Positions 18,984 to 28,995 of a stretch of DNA of 64,000 nucleotides are shown here, piece after piece. Below the pieces are notes generated by a model. The model searched no databases, was not told the origin of the DNA, and saw only the letters and a list, made by a program, of their open reading frames with translations. Position 1 is the stretch's first letter, and each line of letters opens with the position of its first letter. The position numbers and the translations under genes are program-made. The stretch is taken from NCBI GenBank assembly GCA_964520325.1, contig CAZFOB010000003.1, positions 154,745 to 218,744 on the forward strand, read 5' to 3'. Source of the DNA: an uncultured Actinomycetes bacterium. GTDB lineage: Bacteria; Actinomycetota; JAICYB01.

Positions 18984-19736
18984 ATGACCAGGAACCTCCT
19001 CGTCTGCGGATTGATCGCTGGCATCTGTGCGGGACTCTTCGCGTTCGGCGTTGGTCGAGTGATCGGCGAACCGGCCGTCGATCGCGCCATCGCGTTCGAA
19101 GAACGCTCGGCGCCGCCGTCCGACGAACCCGCCGAAGCGCCCATCGTGACACGCACCGTGCAGAGCACCATCGGATTACTCACGGCAGCCATCGCCTTCG
19201 GGCTCGCGATAGGCGGCCTCTTCGCCCTGGCTTTTGGTTTCGTCTACGGCCGGGCCGGCCAAGCCGACCCCGCACGGACGGCGGCCTGGCTCGCAGCAGC
19301 TGCCTTCGTCGTCGTGTTTCTTGTGCCGTTCCTGAAGTACCCGGCGAACCCGCCCGCCGTCGGCAACCCGAACACGATCGACCATCGAACGGGACTGTAT
19401 TGGGCGATGCTGGCCGTATCGCTCGGCGGTGCCGTCGGAGCGCTTCGCTTCAGGCACTATCTGGGGTCGCGAATGTCTGGTCGAAGTGCATCGTTGTCGG
19501 CGATCGGGTCTTACATCGTCGTGGTGCTCTTCGCCGGGCTCACTTTGCCTGGTGTTCACGAGGTTCCCGGCGACTTTCCCGCGGTGACGCTGTGGGCGTT
19601 CCGGCAAGCGACGGTAGGGATACAGCTCACGATGTGGGCGACGATCGGCATCGTCTTCGGATCGCTGGCACAGCGCATCATGAAGAGATCCGATCCGCGA
19701 CTTACGCCCGCGACCGCTGGCGTCCTGGAGGACTGA
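18984..19736 (+). CDS. cbtA: Cobalt transporter subunit CbtA
   Basis: 250 aa with about 5 TM helices in the typical CbtA arrangement, directly after cbtB and under the B12 riboswitch. Confidence 0.7.
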   Translation: MTRNLLVCGLIAGICAGLFAFGVGRVIGEPAVDRAIAFEERSAPPSDEPAEAPIVTRTVQSTIGLLTAAIAFGLAIGGLFALAFGFVYGRAGQADPARTAAWLAAAAFVVVFLVPFLKYPANPPAVGNPNTIDHRTGLYWAMLAVSLGGAVGALRFRHYLGSRMSGRSASLSAIGSYIVVVLFAGLTLPGVHEVPGDFPAVTLWAFRQATVGIQLTMWATIGIVFGSLAQRIMKRSDPRLTPATAGVLED

Positions 19737-19777
19737 CGAGCCGGGGCGAAGACGCCCGCTGCCCCGGCGTCGTCGAG

Positions 19778-20959
19778 ATGCGCGAGGCCGAGGACGGGTG
19801 GCTCGCTCGCGTCCGTCTTCCGGGTGGTCGGGCTACGACCGAACAGCTTGATGCCCTCGTTTCGGTAGCGAGCTTGGGGAGTGGGCTCGTCGACATCACA
19901 CGTCGCGCCAACGTTCAGATCCGGGGCCTGTCACCCGCATCCGGGCCGGCGGCCGCTTCAACCCTCGCGGACGCCGGACTGCTGCCGTCGGTCACGCACG
20001 AGCGCCTTCGCAACATCGTAGCCAGCCCGTTCGGCGGGCGGCATCCGCAAGCCATCTGCGATACGGATGCGATCGTCGAGGAGTTGGATCGCGAGCTCTG
20101 CGCCGACGGCTATCTGCAGGCGCTCCCCGAGCGGTTCGGTTTCGGGGTAGATGACGGGAGCCGCGCCCTGGCCGATCTCGACTTCGATGTCGAGCTTGGC
20201 GCTGAGACGGGCGACGCGGGGCGGTTTCGCCTGTCGATCGGTGGTTCGCCGACGGATGTGGTCACGACGCCTTCTTGCGCCGCGAGGACCGCCTTGGACG
20301 CGGCACGCGCCTTCCTTGGCGCGCGGGAGTCATCTGGGAGCCGCGCGTGGCATGTCCGAGAGATCCCCGGCGGCGCAACCTCGATCACCGGTCGCATGGG
20401 CGCCGCGATCGTGCGGCCGTCGACTCGAAGCCCTCAGCTCGCGATCCGGCCGGGGGTCTTGACGCAGCGAGACGGTCGGGTCGCGATCACGGCCCTTGCG
20501 CCGCTCGGTCGGTTGAACGGCGACATGCTGTGTTTGCTGGCCGGGCTCGTGCGACGGTGCGCGGCCGACGTTCGGTTCTCCGCCTGGCGCACGGTAACGG
20601 TCGTCGATGTCTCAGCGCGTGAAGCGGATGGCCTCGCCGACGCCATCGCGGATCTGGGCCTTCTCTTGTCGTCCGGCTCGGGATGGGAGGATCTCACCGC
20701 GTGCGTGGGCGCCGGAGCATGCGCGAAGGCGCGGGTCGATGTTCGCGCGGCTGTTGCGCAACGGGCCGGCGAGCGCACCGATCAAGCGCCGGCCGAGCAT
20801 TGGTCGGCGTGCGAACGAAGGTGCGGAGAGCCGAAGTCCGTGCCGATCAGCGTCGCTGCGACGGACACCGGGTTGGCCGTCACAGTCTTGGGGCACGCGA
20901 TCGACGTGCCCGACACCGCGGGCGCGATCGAACACCTGGCGGATGAGAGACCGCAGTGA
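19778..20959 (+). CDS. cobG: Precorrin-3B synthase (aerobic-pathway monooxygenase, sulfite/nitrite-reductase-like)
   Basis: ...LARVRLPGGRATTEQLDALVSVA...ITRRANVQIRGL... is the CobG N-terminal signature. The first ATG is 19778, but conserved CobG residues (ARCPGVVE) are encoded in-frame upstream of it, so the true start is unresolved. Confidence 0.65.
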   Translation: MREAEDGWLARVRLPGGRATTEQLDALVSVASLGSGLVDITRRANVQIRGLSPASGPAAASTLADAGLLPSVTHERLRNIVASPFGGRHPQAICDTDAIVEELDRELCADGYLQALPERFGFGVDDGSRALADLDFDVELGAETGDAGRFRLSIGGSPTDVVTTPSCAARTALDAARAFLGARESSGSRAWHVREIPGGATSITGRMGAAIVRPSTRSPQLAIRPGVLTQRDGRVAITALAPLGRLNGDMLCLLAGLVRRCAADVRFSAWRTVTVVDVSAREADGLADAIADLGLLLSSGSGWEDLTACVGAGACAKARVDVRAAVAQRAGERTDQAPAEHWSACERRCGEPKSVPISVAATDTGLAVTVLGHAIDVPDTAGAIEHLADERPQ

Positions 20960-21582
20960 GCGACTATGTCCGGGACGGTCCCGAGATCTACCGTCGCTCG
21001 TTCGCGACGATCCGGGACGAAGCCGAGCTCGACGGCCTCGATCCAACCGTTGCACGAACCGCCGTACGCATGATCCATGCATGCGGGATGGTCGACCTTA
21101 CGTCCGACATCGACGTCTCCGACGGTTTCGCTTCCGCCGCCGTCGGTGCCCTGCGACGTGGTGCTCTGATCCTCTGTGACACCGCGATGGTGTCCGCCGG
21201 CATCACGCGGAGCAGGCTCCCGGCAGGGAACGAAGTGGTCTGCACGCTGTCGGATCCGAGCGTGCCGCAGCTGGCTGCCGTGCTCTGTACGACACGCAGC
21301 GCGGCGGCACTCGAGCTGTGGCGAGGGCGCATCGCCGGCTCACTCGTCGTGATCGGGAACGCGCCGACGGCCCTCTTCCGTTTGCTCGAGATCGTCGAGT
21401 CAACCGATGAACGTCCCGCCGCCGTCGTCGGCGTTCCCGTCGGCTTCGTCGGTGCGGCAGAATCGAAGGTCGCGCTCACACGCCACCCGTCACGGCTCGA
21501 GCATCTCGTCGTCCATGGGCGCCGCGGCGGCAGTGCGATCGCCGCGGCCGCCGTCAATGCGCTCGCAAGCGAGGATGAGTGA
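20956..21582 (+). CDS. cobH: Precorrin-8X methylmutase
   Basis: MSDYVRDGPEIYRRSFATIRDEAEL... is the CobH/CbiC family. GTG overlaps the cobG stop. Confidence 0.85.
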   Translation: MSDYVRDGPEIYRRSFATIRDEAELDGLDPTVARTAVRMIHACGMVDLTSDIDVSDGFASAAVGALRRGALILCDTAMVSAGITRSRLPAGNEVVCTLSDPSVPQLAAVLCTTRSAAALELWRGRIAGSLVVIGNAPTALFRLLEIVESTDERPAAVVGVPVGFVGAAESKVALTRHPSRLEHLVVHGRRGGSAIAAAAVNALASEDE

Positions 21583-23093
21583 ACCGGGCCACGGCATCGA
21601 CGAGCGGAAGACTGTTCGGCGTCGGACTCGGGCCGGGCGATCCCGAGCTGGTCACGCTCAAGGCGCGCCGCGTCATCGAGCAAGCCGATGTCGTGGCGTA
21701 TCCGACGGCACGCCACGGGCGGAGCATCGCGAGAAGCATCGCCGCTCCGTACCTGCGCTCCGGGCAGACCGAGATCGCGATGACGTTCCCGGTGACGACC
21801 GAGGACGTCGTCCCTCACGGAGGCTACGAGCGGGCGCTGCGTGAGTTCTACGACGATCAAGCCGAACGCCTCGCCTCGCACCTCGATGCCGGTCGAGCGG
21901 TCGTCGTTCTGTGCGAGGGTGATCCGTTCTTCTACGGCAGTTACATGTACCTCCACGAACGACTCGCGCATCGCTACGCGACCGAGGTCGTCCCCGGCGT
22001 AACGTCGTTCAGCGCCGCGGCCGCAGCGGCTGGCGTCCCCCTCGCCAAGAGCGACGACGTGCTCACGGTGCTGCCGGGAACGCTTCCACCGGAGGTGATC
22101 GCGCATCACCTCCGGACAACCGATGCGGCCGTCGTGTTGAAACTCGGACGGACGTTCGACTCGGTGCGCCAAGCCGCCGAGCGAGCCGAGGTCGGGGACC
22201 GGACCATCTATGTAGAACGAGCCAGCACGCCAGACGAACGCTTCATGATGCTGCGCGATGTCGACGGCACGATCCCTTATATGTCGCTATTGCTCGTGCC
22301 GACGGCTAACGCAACAGATACCTCCCAGCGCCACGATCGAGGCGCCGAGGTGGCCGTCGTTGGTCTCGGACCCGCTGGTCCGCAGTGGCTGACGCCCGAG
22401 GCGGCAACGGCGCTCGCGGGAGCGGACGATCTGGTCGGGTACGTGGGGTACCTCGATCGCGTGCCACCGCGCGCCGGACAACAACGCCACGAGAGCGACA
22501 ACCGAGACGAGGCAGAACGCGCGCATCTCGCGTTGAAGCTGGCGGCGTCGGGACGGCGCGTCGCCGTCGTATCCTCCGGTGATCCGGGAATCTTCGCGAT
22601 GGCCGCGGCGGTGCTGGAAGCATTCGAAGCTTGCGGTGACGAATACCGCGAGGTCGCTGTTCGCATCGTCCCGGGAGTGTCGGCCATGCAGGCCGCCGCA
22701 GCGCGGGTCGGGGCGCCGCTCGGACACGACTTCTGCGTCATCTCGCTCTCCGACCAGCTCAAGCCGTGGGACGTGGTCGAGCGACGACTCGAGGCAGCGG
22801 GGGCATCCGACATGGCCGTTGCCATCTACAACCCCGCCTCGCGAACGCGGCGCGAGCAGCTCGAGCGTGCTCGGGCGGTGCTGCTCGTCCATCGAGGGCA
22901 GGACACACCGGTAGTGGTCGCGCGCGACGTCGGCGGTAAGCAGGAGCAGATCTCGGTGTCTACACTCGCAGGCTTCGAAGCTGCATCGGTCGACATGCGG
23001 ACACTGCTGATCGTCGGCTCATCGACGACCCGAGTGGTCGATGGAGCCGACGGTACACCGCGCGTGTACACGCCTCGGAGCTACCCGGGCTAG
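21579..23093 (+). CDS. cobIJ: Fused precorrin-2 C20-methyltransferase / precorrin-3B C17-methyltransferase
   Basis: Two tetrapyrrole-methylase domains: GVGLGPGDPELVTLKA... and later VVGLGPAGPQWLTPEA.... This is the fusion arrangement known from mycobacterial cobIJ. Confidence 0.85.
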   Translation: MNRATASTSGRLFGVGLGPGDPELVTLKARRVIEQADVVAYPTARHGRSIARSIAAPYLRSGQTEIAMTFPVTTEDVVPHGGYERALREFYDDQAERLASHLDAGRAVVVLCEGDPFFYGSYMYLHERLAHRYATEVVPGVTSFSAAAAAAGVPLAKSDDVLTVLPGTLPPEVIAHHLRTTDAAVVLKLGRTFDSVRQAAERAEVGDRTIYVERASTPDERFMMLRDVDGTIPYMSLLLVPTANATDTSQRHDRGAEVAVVGLGPAGPQWLTPEAATALAGADDLVGYVGYLDRVPPRAGQQRHESDNRDEAERAHLALKLAASGRRVAVVSSGDPGIFAMAAAVLEAFEACGDEYREVAVRIVPGVSAMQAAAARVGAPLGHDFCVISLSDQLKPWDVVERRLEAAGASDMAVAIYNPASRTRREQLERARAVLLVHRGQDTPVVVARDVGGKQEQISVSTLAGFEAASVDMRTLLIVGSSTTRVVDGADGTPRVYTPRSYPG

Positions 23094-23830
23094 AGGTTCC
23101 GCCTGAGCCAGTCGAGTGCCTGGTCGACCGTGCTCACCGTGTGTGCGCTCGGACGAGCCGGTCGCCGGACGACGATCACGGGTAGTCCTCGCATCCGGGC
23201 AGCATCGAGCTTCGGTCGCGTGTACGTCCCGCCGCTGTCCTTCGTGACAAGCAGGTCGATGCGATGCTCGTCGATCAGCGCGAGCTCGCCATCAAGGACG
23301 TACGGTCCCCGGTCCAGCAGGACCTGATGCCGGCAAGGAAGCGGGAGCTCCGGTGTCTCGACGCAACGGATGAGGAACCACGCATCGGTCATGGCGCTGA
23401 ACGACGCGAGTCCTTGTCGTCCCGTTGTGAGGAACACACGGCTCCCGAGATCAGCAACGGCCGAGGCGGCATCATCCAGCGAGTCGACCCAGTGCCACCG
23501 ATCCTGCGTAGTTGGCGTCCATCCCGGTCGTTCCAATCGCACGAGCCGGATACCGGCGTCGGAACATGCCTGCGCGGCCGAAGAGGAGATGCGCTCGGCG
23601 AAGGGGTGGGTTGCGTCGACGACTGCAACAACCTCGTGATCGATGAGCCAGCGCGCGAGCGCGGTTGGTCCACCGAAGCCGCCGATGCGAACGTCGCCCG
23701 CCGGCAGTCGCGGGTTCGTCACACGTCCGGCGAGAGAGGAGACGACCGGGATGCCGGCATCGACGAGCTCGTCGGCGAGCTCACGCGCCTCGCTTGTTCC
23801 GCCCAGGACGAGGACGACGCGTTCCCCCAT
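23090..23830 (-). CDS. cobK: Precorrin-6A reductase
   Basis: MGERVVLVLGGTSEARELADEL... is the CobK/CbiJ family. Convergent with cobIJ (4-nt end overlap). Confidence 0.85.
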   Translation of the reverse strand: MGERVVLVLGGTSEARELADELVDAGIPVVSSLAGRVTNPRLPAGDVRIGGFGGPTALARWLIDHEVVAVVDATHPFAERISSSAAQACSDAGIRLVRLERPGWTPTTQDRWHWVDSLDDAASAVADLGSRVFLTTGRQGLASFSAMTDAWFLIRCVETPELPLPCRHQVLLDRGPYVLDGELALIDEHRIDLLVTKDSGGTYTRPKLDAARMRGLPVIVVRRPARPSAHTVSTVDQALDWLRRNL

Positions 23831-23836
23831 CGGCGA

Positions 23837-24628
23837 CTACGCGTCCTCGGGCGCAGCTTTATCGGCGCGCGGCGGCGCCCTGAGGAGGTAGGTGTCCATG
23901 ACCCAGCCCTTCTCCTCCCGAGCCTTGCGCCGGACCTGCTGGATCTGCTCAGAGACGTCGGAGACTCGCCCCGACACGAGGATCTCGTCTGTCGTACCGA
24001 GGTACGCACCCCAATAGATGTGCGTGTCGGGGTCGGCGATCTCCGAGAACGTGCAGTCGGCGTCGAGCATCACCACGACATCGTTGCTGCAGTCGGGGAA
24101 CCCCTCGTTCGCGAGCCGGCGGCCGGTCGTGATGTGGATGGGATCACCGACCCGGTTCAGCCCGATCCGGTGGGCGGCGGCGAGCGCCTGCACGCTCGTG
24201 ACGCCCGGCACGACGTCGTACGAGAACGCGACGTTGCCGCGCGCGGCGATGTCGGAGACGATCGCGAGCGTGCCGTCGTAGAGCGACGGATCACCCAATA
24301 CGAGGAACGCACCGCATCGATCCTCGTCGAGCTCGGTTTCGATCAGGCGCTCATAGACGTCGGCTCGCCGCCGGCGCCAGTCTTCAACGGCCGAGCGATA
24401 GCCAGGGGCCGAGCGGTCGCGCTCCGGGTCGCGCACCTCGACGAACCGGTACGACGCGTTCTCGACGTAGCGTTCGCAGATCTGTTTACGGAGGTCCACG
24501 AGGTCGTGTTTCTCACGTCCCTTGTCGACGAGGAAGAAGACGTCGGTAGCGTTGAGCGCCTTGATGGCCTGCACCGTGATGTGCTCCGGATCGCCAGGGC
24601 CGACGCCGATGATGCGGACGTGTCTCAT
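23837..24628 (-). CDS. cobF: Precorrin-6A synthase (deacetylating)
   Basis: MRHVRIIGVGPGDPEHITVQAIKALNATDVFFLVDKGREKHDLVDLRKQICERY... matches the CobF-type N-terminus. Start located at the ATG complement of 24626-24628. Confidence 0.7.
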   Translation of the reverse strand: MRHVRIIGVGPGDPEHITVQAIKALNATDVFFLVDKGREKHDLVDLRKQICERYVENASYRFVEVRDPERDRSAPGYRSAVEDWRRRRADVYERLIETELDEDRCGAFLVLGDPSLYDGTLAIVSDIAARGNVAFSYDVVPGVTSVQALAAAHRIGLNRVGDPIHITTGRRLANEGFPDCSNDVVVMLDADCTFSEIADPDTHIYWGAYLGTTDEILVSGRVSDVSEQIQQVRRKAREEKGWVMDTYLLRAPPRADKAAPEDA

Positions 24629-25392
24629 CAGGTGGTGTGCTCCGTAGTGAGTGGACGGTTGCGGGAATCCGAATAGAGGTGGCTCTCGTCGAACCCGTGG
24701 CTCGCGAGCGCTGGTCCGACGAGGATCACGGCGGTGCGGACGACGCTGGCCTCGTCCACCTGCGCCGCGATCGTCTCGAGCGTGCCGCGAAGGATCAGCT
24801 CGTCGGGCCAGCCGGCGCGAGCGACGATCGCAACTGGACAGTCGCTCCCGTAGGCGGGCTCGAGCATCTCGACGATCTCGCCGATCGCTTGCGCGCCGAG
24901 GTGGATAGCAAGTGTTGCTTGGTGGATGGCGAGAGCCGGGAGCTGTTCGCCTTCGGGCAGCGGTGTCGACATTCGGTGGTACCTCGTGAGGATCACCGTC
25001 TGCGCTATGCCCGGCAGCGTGAGCTCCTGACGCAGCGCCGCGGCTGCAGCCGCGAAGGCGGGCACACCCGGCGTGAGGTCCCACGGGATGGCGAGTGAGT
25101 CCAGACGCCGCGTCTGCTCGGCGACCGCGCTGTAGATGGACAGATCGCCCGATTGCAACCGAGCAACGTCCTCACCGTTGCTGTGCGCGACGCGCAGCAC
25201 CTCGATGATCTCGTCGAGCGTCAGATGCTGCGTGTCGACGAGTCGTGCGCCGGCGGGCGCGTGGGCGAGCACCTCCGCCGGAACGATCGATCCGGCGTAT
25301 ACGCAGACGGGACTTTCCGCGATCAGCCGCCGGCCGCGCAGCGTGAGGAGATCGGGGGCACCGGGACCGGCGCCGACGAAGTGAACCGTCAT
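24628..25392 (-). CDS. cobM: Precorrin-4 C11-methyltransferase
   Basis: MTVHFVGAGPGAPDLLTLRG... Start ATG at 25392. The longer six-frame ORF adds 17 spurious residues. Confidence 0.85.
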   Translation of the reverse strand: MTVHFVGAGPGAPDLLTLRGRRLIAESPVCVYAGSIVPAEVLAHAPAGARLVDTQHLTLDEIIEVLRVAHSNGEDVARLQSGDLSIYSAVAEQTRRLDSLAIPWDLTPGVPAFAAAAAALRQELTLPGIAQTVILTRYHRMSTPLPEGEQLPALAIHQATLAIHLGAQAIGEIVEMLEPAYGSDCPVAIVARAGWPDELILRGTLETIAAQVDEASVVRTAVILVGPALASHGFDESHLYSDSRNRPLTTEHTT

Positions 25393-26603
25393 CGCGGACC
25401 CTTCCGCACGATCCACTGGACCACCGGGAAGTGTCCGCGCCATCCGGTGAACCCTCCGATGGGCTCGGCCCCTTCGATCGAGATCCGGACGAGCTCCCCG
25501 CCGAACTTCTCGCGGGCGGTAACGAGTCGTTGCTCACCTTCGAGCGTCACGGCGTTGGCGACGAGACGCCCCGCTGTTGCGAGTCGCTCCCAGCACTGTT
25601 CGAGGAGCCCCGGCACGCTCGCGCCGCCGCCGACGAAGATCGCGTCCGGGCGGTCGAGCTCGGCGAGTGCGTCCGGAGCTTCGCCGTGCCGGATATCGAG
25701 TCGCGGCACACCGAGCTCGCGCGCGTTCCTCGCGATCCGTTCGGCCCGCAACGCGTTCGCCTCGATCGCGATCGCGCGGGCGGTCGGCTCGCAGCGCAGC
25801 CACTCGATCGCGATCGAGCCGCTGCCCGCACCCACGTCCCAAAGGAGCTCGCCGGGCAGGGGGCCGAGCGCCGCGAGGGTGATCGCGCGTACTTGTCGCT
25901 TCGTGAGCTGGCCGTCGTGTTCGTACGCCTCGTCCGGCAGGCCCGGCGTGAGCGGGAGCGATGGTGTGCCGGGATCGGTCAGACATTCGATCGCTACGAG
26001 ATACGGGGCGTCCGGCTCGTGGTTCTCCCAACGTTGCGCCGTTGTCGCGATGACGTGTTCGTCCGGCCCTCCGAGCTGCTCCAGCACGATCATCCGGCTC
26101 TGACCTAGACCGTGGACGCACAGCATGCGCGAGACATCGTCGGCCCCCGTGCGTCCATGTGTGTAGACGATCAGGCGCCGGCCCGGTTGGAGCCACCGGA
26201 CGAGCGTCTCAGACGGATGGGCAACCAGACTCACGAGATCGGCCTGGGCGCCGGCCCAGCCGAGCCGCGCGCAGGCGAGCGAGAACGCCGATGCCGACGG
26301 CAGAACGGTGAGCCGCTTCGGATCGACGCGCCGGGCAAGCGTCGCGCCGATGCCGTGCAGCATCGGGTCGCCGCTGGCGAGGACGCACGCGGGACCGATC
26401 GATCCCGCCACCAGTTCGTCCAACAGTGGATCGATGGGTGATGGCCAGCAACGACGTTCGGCGCTGGTGTTCGGAACAAGGGCCAGTTGCCGATGCGAGC
26501 CGACGAGCAACTTCGCGTCGAGGACGGCCAGCTGTGCGCGCTTGCCGAGTCCCTCCCACCCGTCGGCTCCGATGCCGACAACCGTCAGATGCGCATCCGT
26601 CAT
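25389..26603 (-). CDS. cobL: Precorrin-6Y C5,15-methyltransferase (decarboxylating), CbiE/CbiT fusion
   Basis: MTDAHLTVVGIGADGWEGL... plus a C-terminal SAM-MT half with ...LWDVGAGSGSIAIEW.... Start ATG at 26603. Confidence 0.85.
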   Translation of the reverse strand: MTDAHLTVVGIGADGWEGLGKRAQLAVLDAKLLVGSHRQLALVPNTSAERRCWPSPIDPLLDELVAGSIGPACVLASGDPMLHGIGATLARRVDPKRLTVLPSASAFSLACARLGWAGAQADLVSLVAHPSETLVRWLQPGRRLIVYTHGRTGADDVSRMLCVHGLGQSRMIVLEQLGGPDEHVIATTAQRWENHEPDAPYLVAIECLTDPGTPSLPLTPGLPDEAYEHDGQLTKRQVRAITLAALGPLPGELLWDVGAGSGSIAIEWLRCEPTARAIAIEANALRAERIARNARELGVPRLDIRHGEAPDALAELDRPDAIFVGGGASVPGLLEQCWERLATAGRLVANAVTLEGEQRLVTAREKFGGELVRISIEGAEPIGGFTGWRGHFPVVQWIVRKGPR

Positions 26604-27637
26604 GTGCAGTCCGCGAGCGCCTGCACGAGCCGCTCGTTGGCCTCGGCATCTCGCGCCGTTAGGCGGATGTGTTCCGCACGCAGGCCCGGAAATGACGCCG
26701 CCGGACGTACGGCGATCGCACGCTCTCGCAACGCCGCGACCACCGACTCGCCGTCGGCGACCTCGATCAGGCAGAAGTTGGCCGCGCCCGGCCACGTGCG
26801 GACGTTGTCGAGCCGGGAGAGGCGCGAGGCGAGATCGTCTCGTTCCTCCTGCGCGCGCACGGCTGCTGCCCTGAGCGCTTCCGGGCGCCCAGCCGCTGCG
26901 GTCAGAGCTGCAAGCGCAAGCGCGTTCGTCGACCAAGGCTGGCGAACATCACGGAGCCGCTTCGCGAGGTGCGATGGCGCCACCGCGTACCCGGCGCGCA
27001 AGCCCGGGATCGAAAGCGACTTCGTCAGGCTTCGTATCACGATCACGTCGGCGAGTCCTTCGCGCACGAGGGAGCCGGGTTCGCCGCACACCAGATCCAT
27101 GAATGACTCATCGATGACGACGATTCGACCTGGGCGACACACCGCGCGCATCACATCGGCCGGCTCGAGCCTTCCGTCTGGGGACGCCGGGTTTCCGGCG
27201 ATCACGAGATCGGCATCGGCGGGTACGGCGCCGGGTTCGAGGACGAAATCTCGTTCGGCCTCCCGAATTACACGTGTAACCGGAACGTCATGGGCTCGCA
27301 GCGCCGCCTCTGCCTCCGTGAAGGCGGGGTGTACGCACGCGGCATGTGTCGGCTTGAGCGCGGCGGGGAGCAGCCACAGCGCTTCGGCAGCGCCGTTGGT
27401 CGGAACGATCTCGTGTCGCTCACGGCCGTGCAGCGCGGCGAGTGCTGCGATGGCATCGGTGTCGTCCGGGTAACGATCAGCGTCTCGTTCGAGCGCTTCG
27501 CGCAATGCGACTCGCAGCCACTCCGGCGGTCCACCTGCGAGCACGTTCACGGCATGGTCGGTGTAGCCGTGATGAAGCTCTCCGTCGCCGTGCCGGCGCA
27601 GGTCGTCGATCCGGTCGGTCGCCGGTCGCACCGTCAT
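26600..27637 (-). CDS. cobC: Class I/II aminotransferase-fold cobalamin protein (mycobacterial CobC / Salmonella CobD threonine-phosphate decarboxylase type)
   Basis: PLP-enzyme layout with the lysine motif ...IRSLTKSLSIPGLRAGY.... Position between cobB and cobL. Start ATG at 27637. Confidence 0.75.
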   Translation of the reverse strand: MTVRPATDRIDDLRRHGDGELHHGYTDHAVNVLAGGPPEWLRVALREALERDADRYPDDTDAIAALAALHGRERHEIVPTNGAAEALWLLPAALKPTHAACVHPAFTEAEAALRAHDVPVTRVIREAERDFVLEPGAVPADADLVIAGNPASPDGRLEPADVMRAVCRPGRIVVIDESFMDLVCGEPGSLVREGLADVIVIRSLTKSLSIPGLRAGYAVAPSHLAKRLRDVRQPWSTNALALAALTAAAGRPEALRAAAVRAQEERDDLASRLSRLDNVRTWPGAANFCLIEVADGESVVAALRERAIAVRPAASFPGLRAEHIRLTARDAEANERLVQALADCT

Positions 27638-28995
27638 GCCGGCGCGTGAACGGCGAGCGACGCGGCACGGGCAAGGCGCAGTGCCGCGCCGGGGAAGGCG
27701 GCCCAATGCAGGTGGAGATAGCTCGCGTGGATCGAACCGGACACGAAGCCTTCATCTCTGACCACGCCGCGCGCTGCGAGCGTCCAGGCCGGGGTAGCCC
27801 CCTGAGCGGGCTCGACTTGCGAGTAGTGAAACTCGTGCCCGCGGAACGTTCCACCGCGGTCGGCGTAGATGCTGTCGTTCGCGGCGGTCGCTTCCCGGTA
27901 TCCCAGCGTGAGCCGTTCCGTCATGCGTCCGCGGCCATCCAGCACGCCGCACATCTCATGGCCGTCGAGCTCCGCGCAGAGGTAGAGCAAGCCCCCGCAC
28001 TCCGCAACGATCGGACGTCCCGCTCCCGCGAAGGCCTTGACGTCCGATCGGAGTGAGTCATTGGCGGCGAGCTCCTCACCGAAGACCTCCGGGAAGCCGC
28101 CGGCAAGCGTCAGCGCGCCGGCGCCGTCCGGCAGGTGCGGATCGGTGAGCGGATCGAAGGGGAGCAGCTCGGCCCCCGCGGCGGTGAGTAGCTCGAGGTT
28201 CTCCTGGTAGTGGAACGAAAACGCCGGCCCCTGGGCGATCGCGATGCGTGCGCGCGACGCCGGCGACTCAGAAGGAGCGGGATCCCAAGCCGGGCCCCCG
28301 ACATCGGGTGAGGCGCGCGCGAGCCCGACCACCGCGTCCAGATCGACGTGGGTAACGATCTCCTGCGCCAGACGGTCGAGGATCTTCTTCGTTTCGATGT
28401 CGCGCTCGTCGGCGGGCACGAGCCCGAGATGTCGTTCTGGGGCCGTGATCTGATCGTCGCGGCGAAGGGCGCCCAGCACCGGAAGGCCGAGCGGCTCGAT
28501 CGCGTCGCGCAGGAGTTGCTCGTGGAACTCGGAGCCGACGCGATTGAGGATCACGCCGGCGATCTCGAGCTCAGGATCGAAGGTGCGGTACCCGTGGACG
28601 ATCGCAGCCACCGATCGAGCCATCGACGCGGCATCGACGACAAGGAGCACCGGTGCGTGCAAGAGCTTCGCGACGTGCGCCGTCGACGCGAGCTCCCCGC
28701 GTCCCGACACGCCGTCGAACAGACCCATGACGCCCTCGATCACAGCGATGTCGGCATCGGACGTCCCGTGCCGGAAGAGTGGAGCGATGAGTTCGGGTCC
28801 GCTGAGGAACGCGTCGAGGTTTCGGCCGGGCCGGCCCGAGGCGACCGCGTGATAGGTCGGATCGATGAAGTCCGGGCCGACCTTGAAGCCTTGGACGCGA
28901 AGTCCACGCGAGCGAAGCGCGCCGATGAGACCGCACGACACCGACGTCTTCCCCGCGCTCGAGCTCGTGCCGGCGACGACGACGCGGGGGATCAC
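27634..28995 (-). CDS. cobB: Hydrogenobyrinic/cobyrinic acid a,c-diamide synthase
   Basis: ...VIPRVVVAGTSSSAGKTSVSCGLIGAL... is the CobB/CbiA ATPase N-terminus, with a glutamine amidotransferase C-half. GTG 28995 overlaps the upstream stop (GTGA). The long Arg-rich N-terminal extension of the six-frame ORF is rejected. Confidence 0.8.
   Translation of the reverse strand: MIPRVVVAGTSSSAGKTSVSCGLIGALRSRGLRVQGFKVGPDFIDPTYHAVASGRPGRNLDAFLSGPELIAPLFRHGTSDADIAVIEGVMGLFDGVSGRGELASTAHVAKLLHAPVLLVVDAASMARSVAAIVHGYRTFDPELEIAGVILNRVGSEFHEQLLRDAIEPLGLPVLGALRRDDQITAPERHLGLVPADERDIETKKILDRLAQEIVTHVDLDAVVGLARASPDVGGPAWDPAPSESPASRARIAIAQGPAFSFHYQENLELLTAAGAELLPFDPLTDPHLPDGAGALTLAGGFPEVFGEELAANDSLRSDVKAFAGAGRPIVAECGGLLYLCAELDGHEMCGVLDGRGRMTERLTLGYREATAANDSIYADRGGTFRGHEFHYSQVEPAQGATPAWTLAARGVVRDEGFVSGSIHASYLHLHWAAFPGAALRLARAASLAVHAPA

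Noticed and set aside
18845-19777. N-terminal 311 codons of the 704-aa ORF overlapping cbtB/cbtA
   Set aside because: This is the out-of-frame shadow of the cbtBA genes. Only the distal part (from about 19750) carries CobG similarity.
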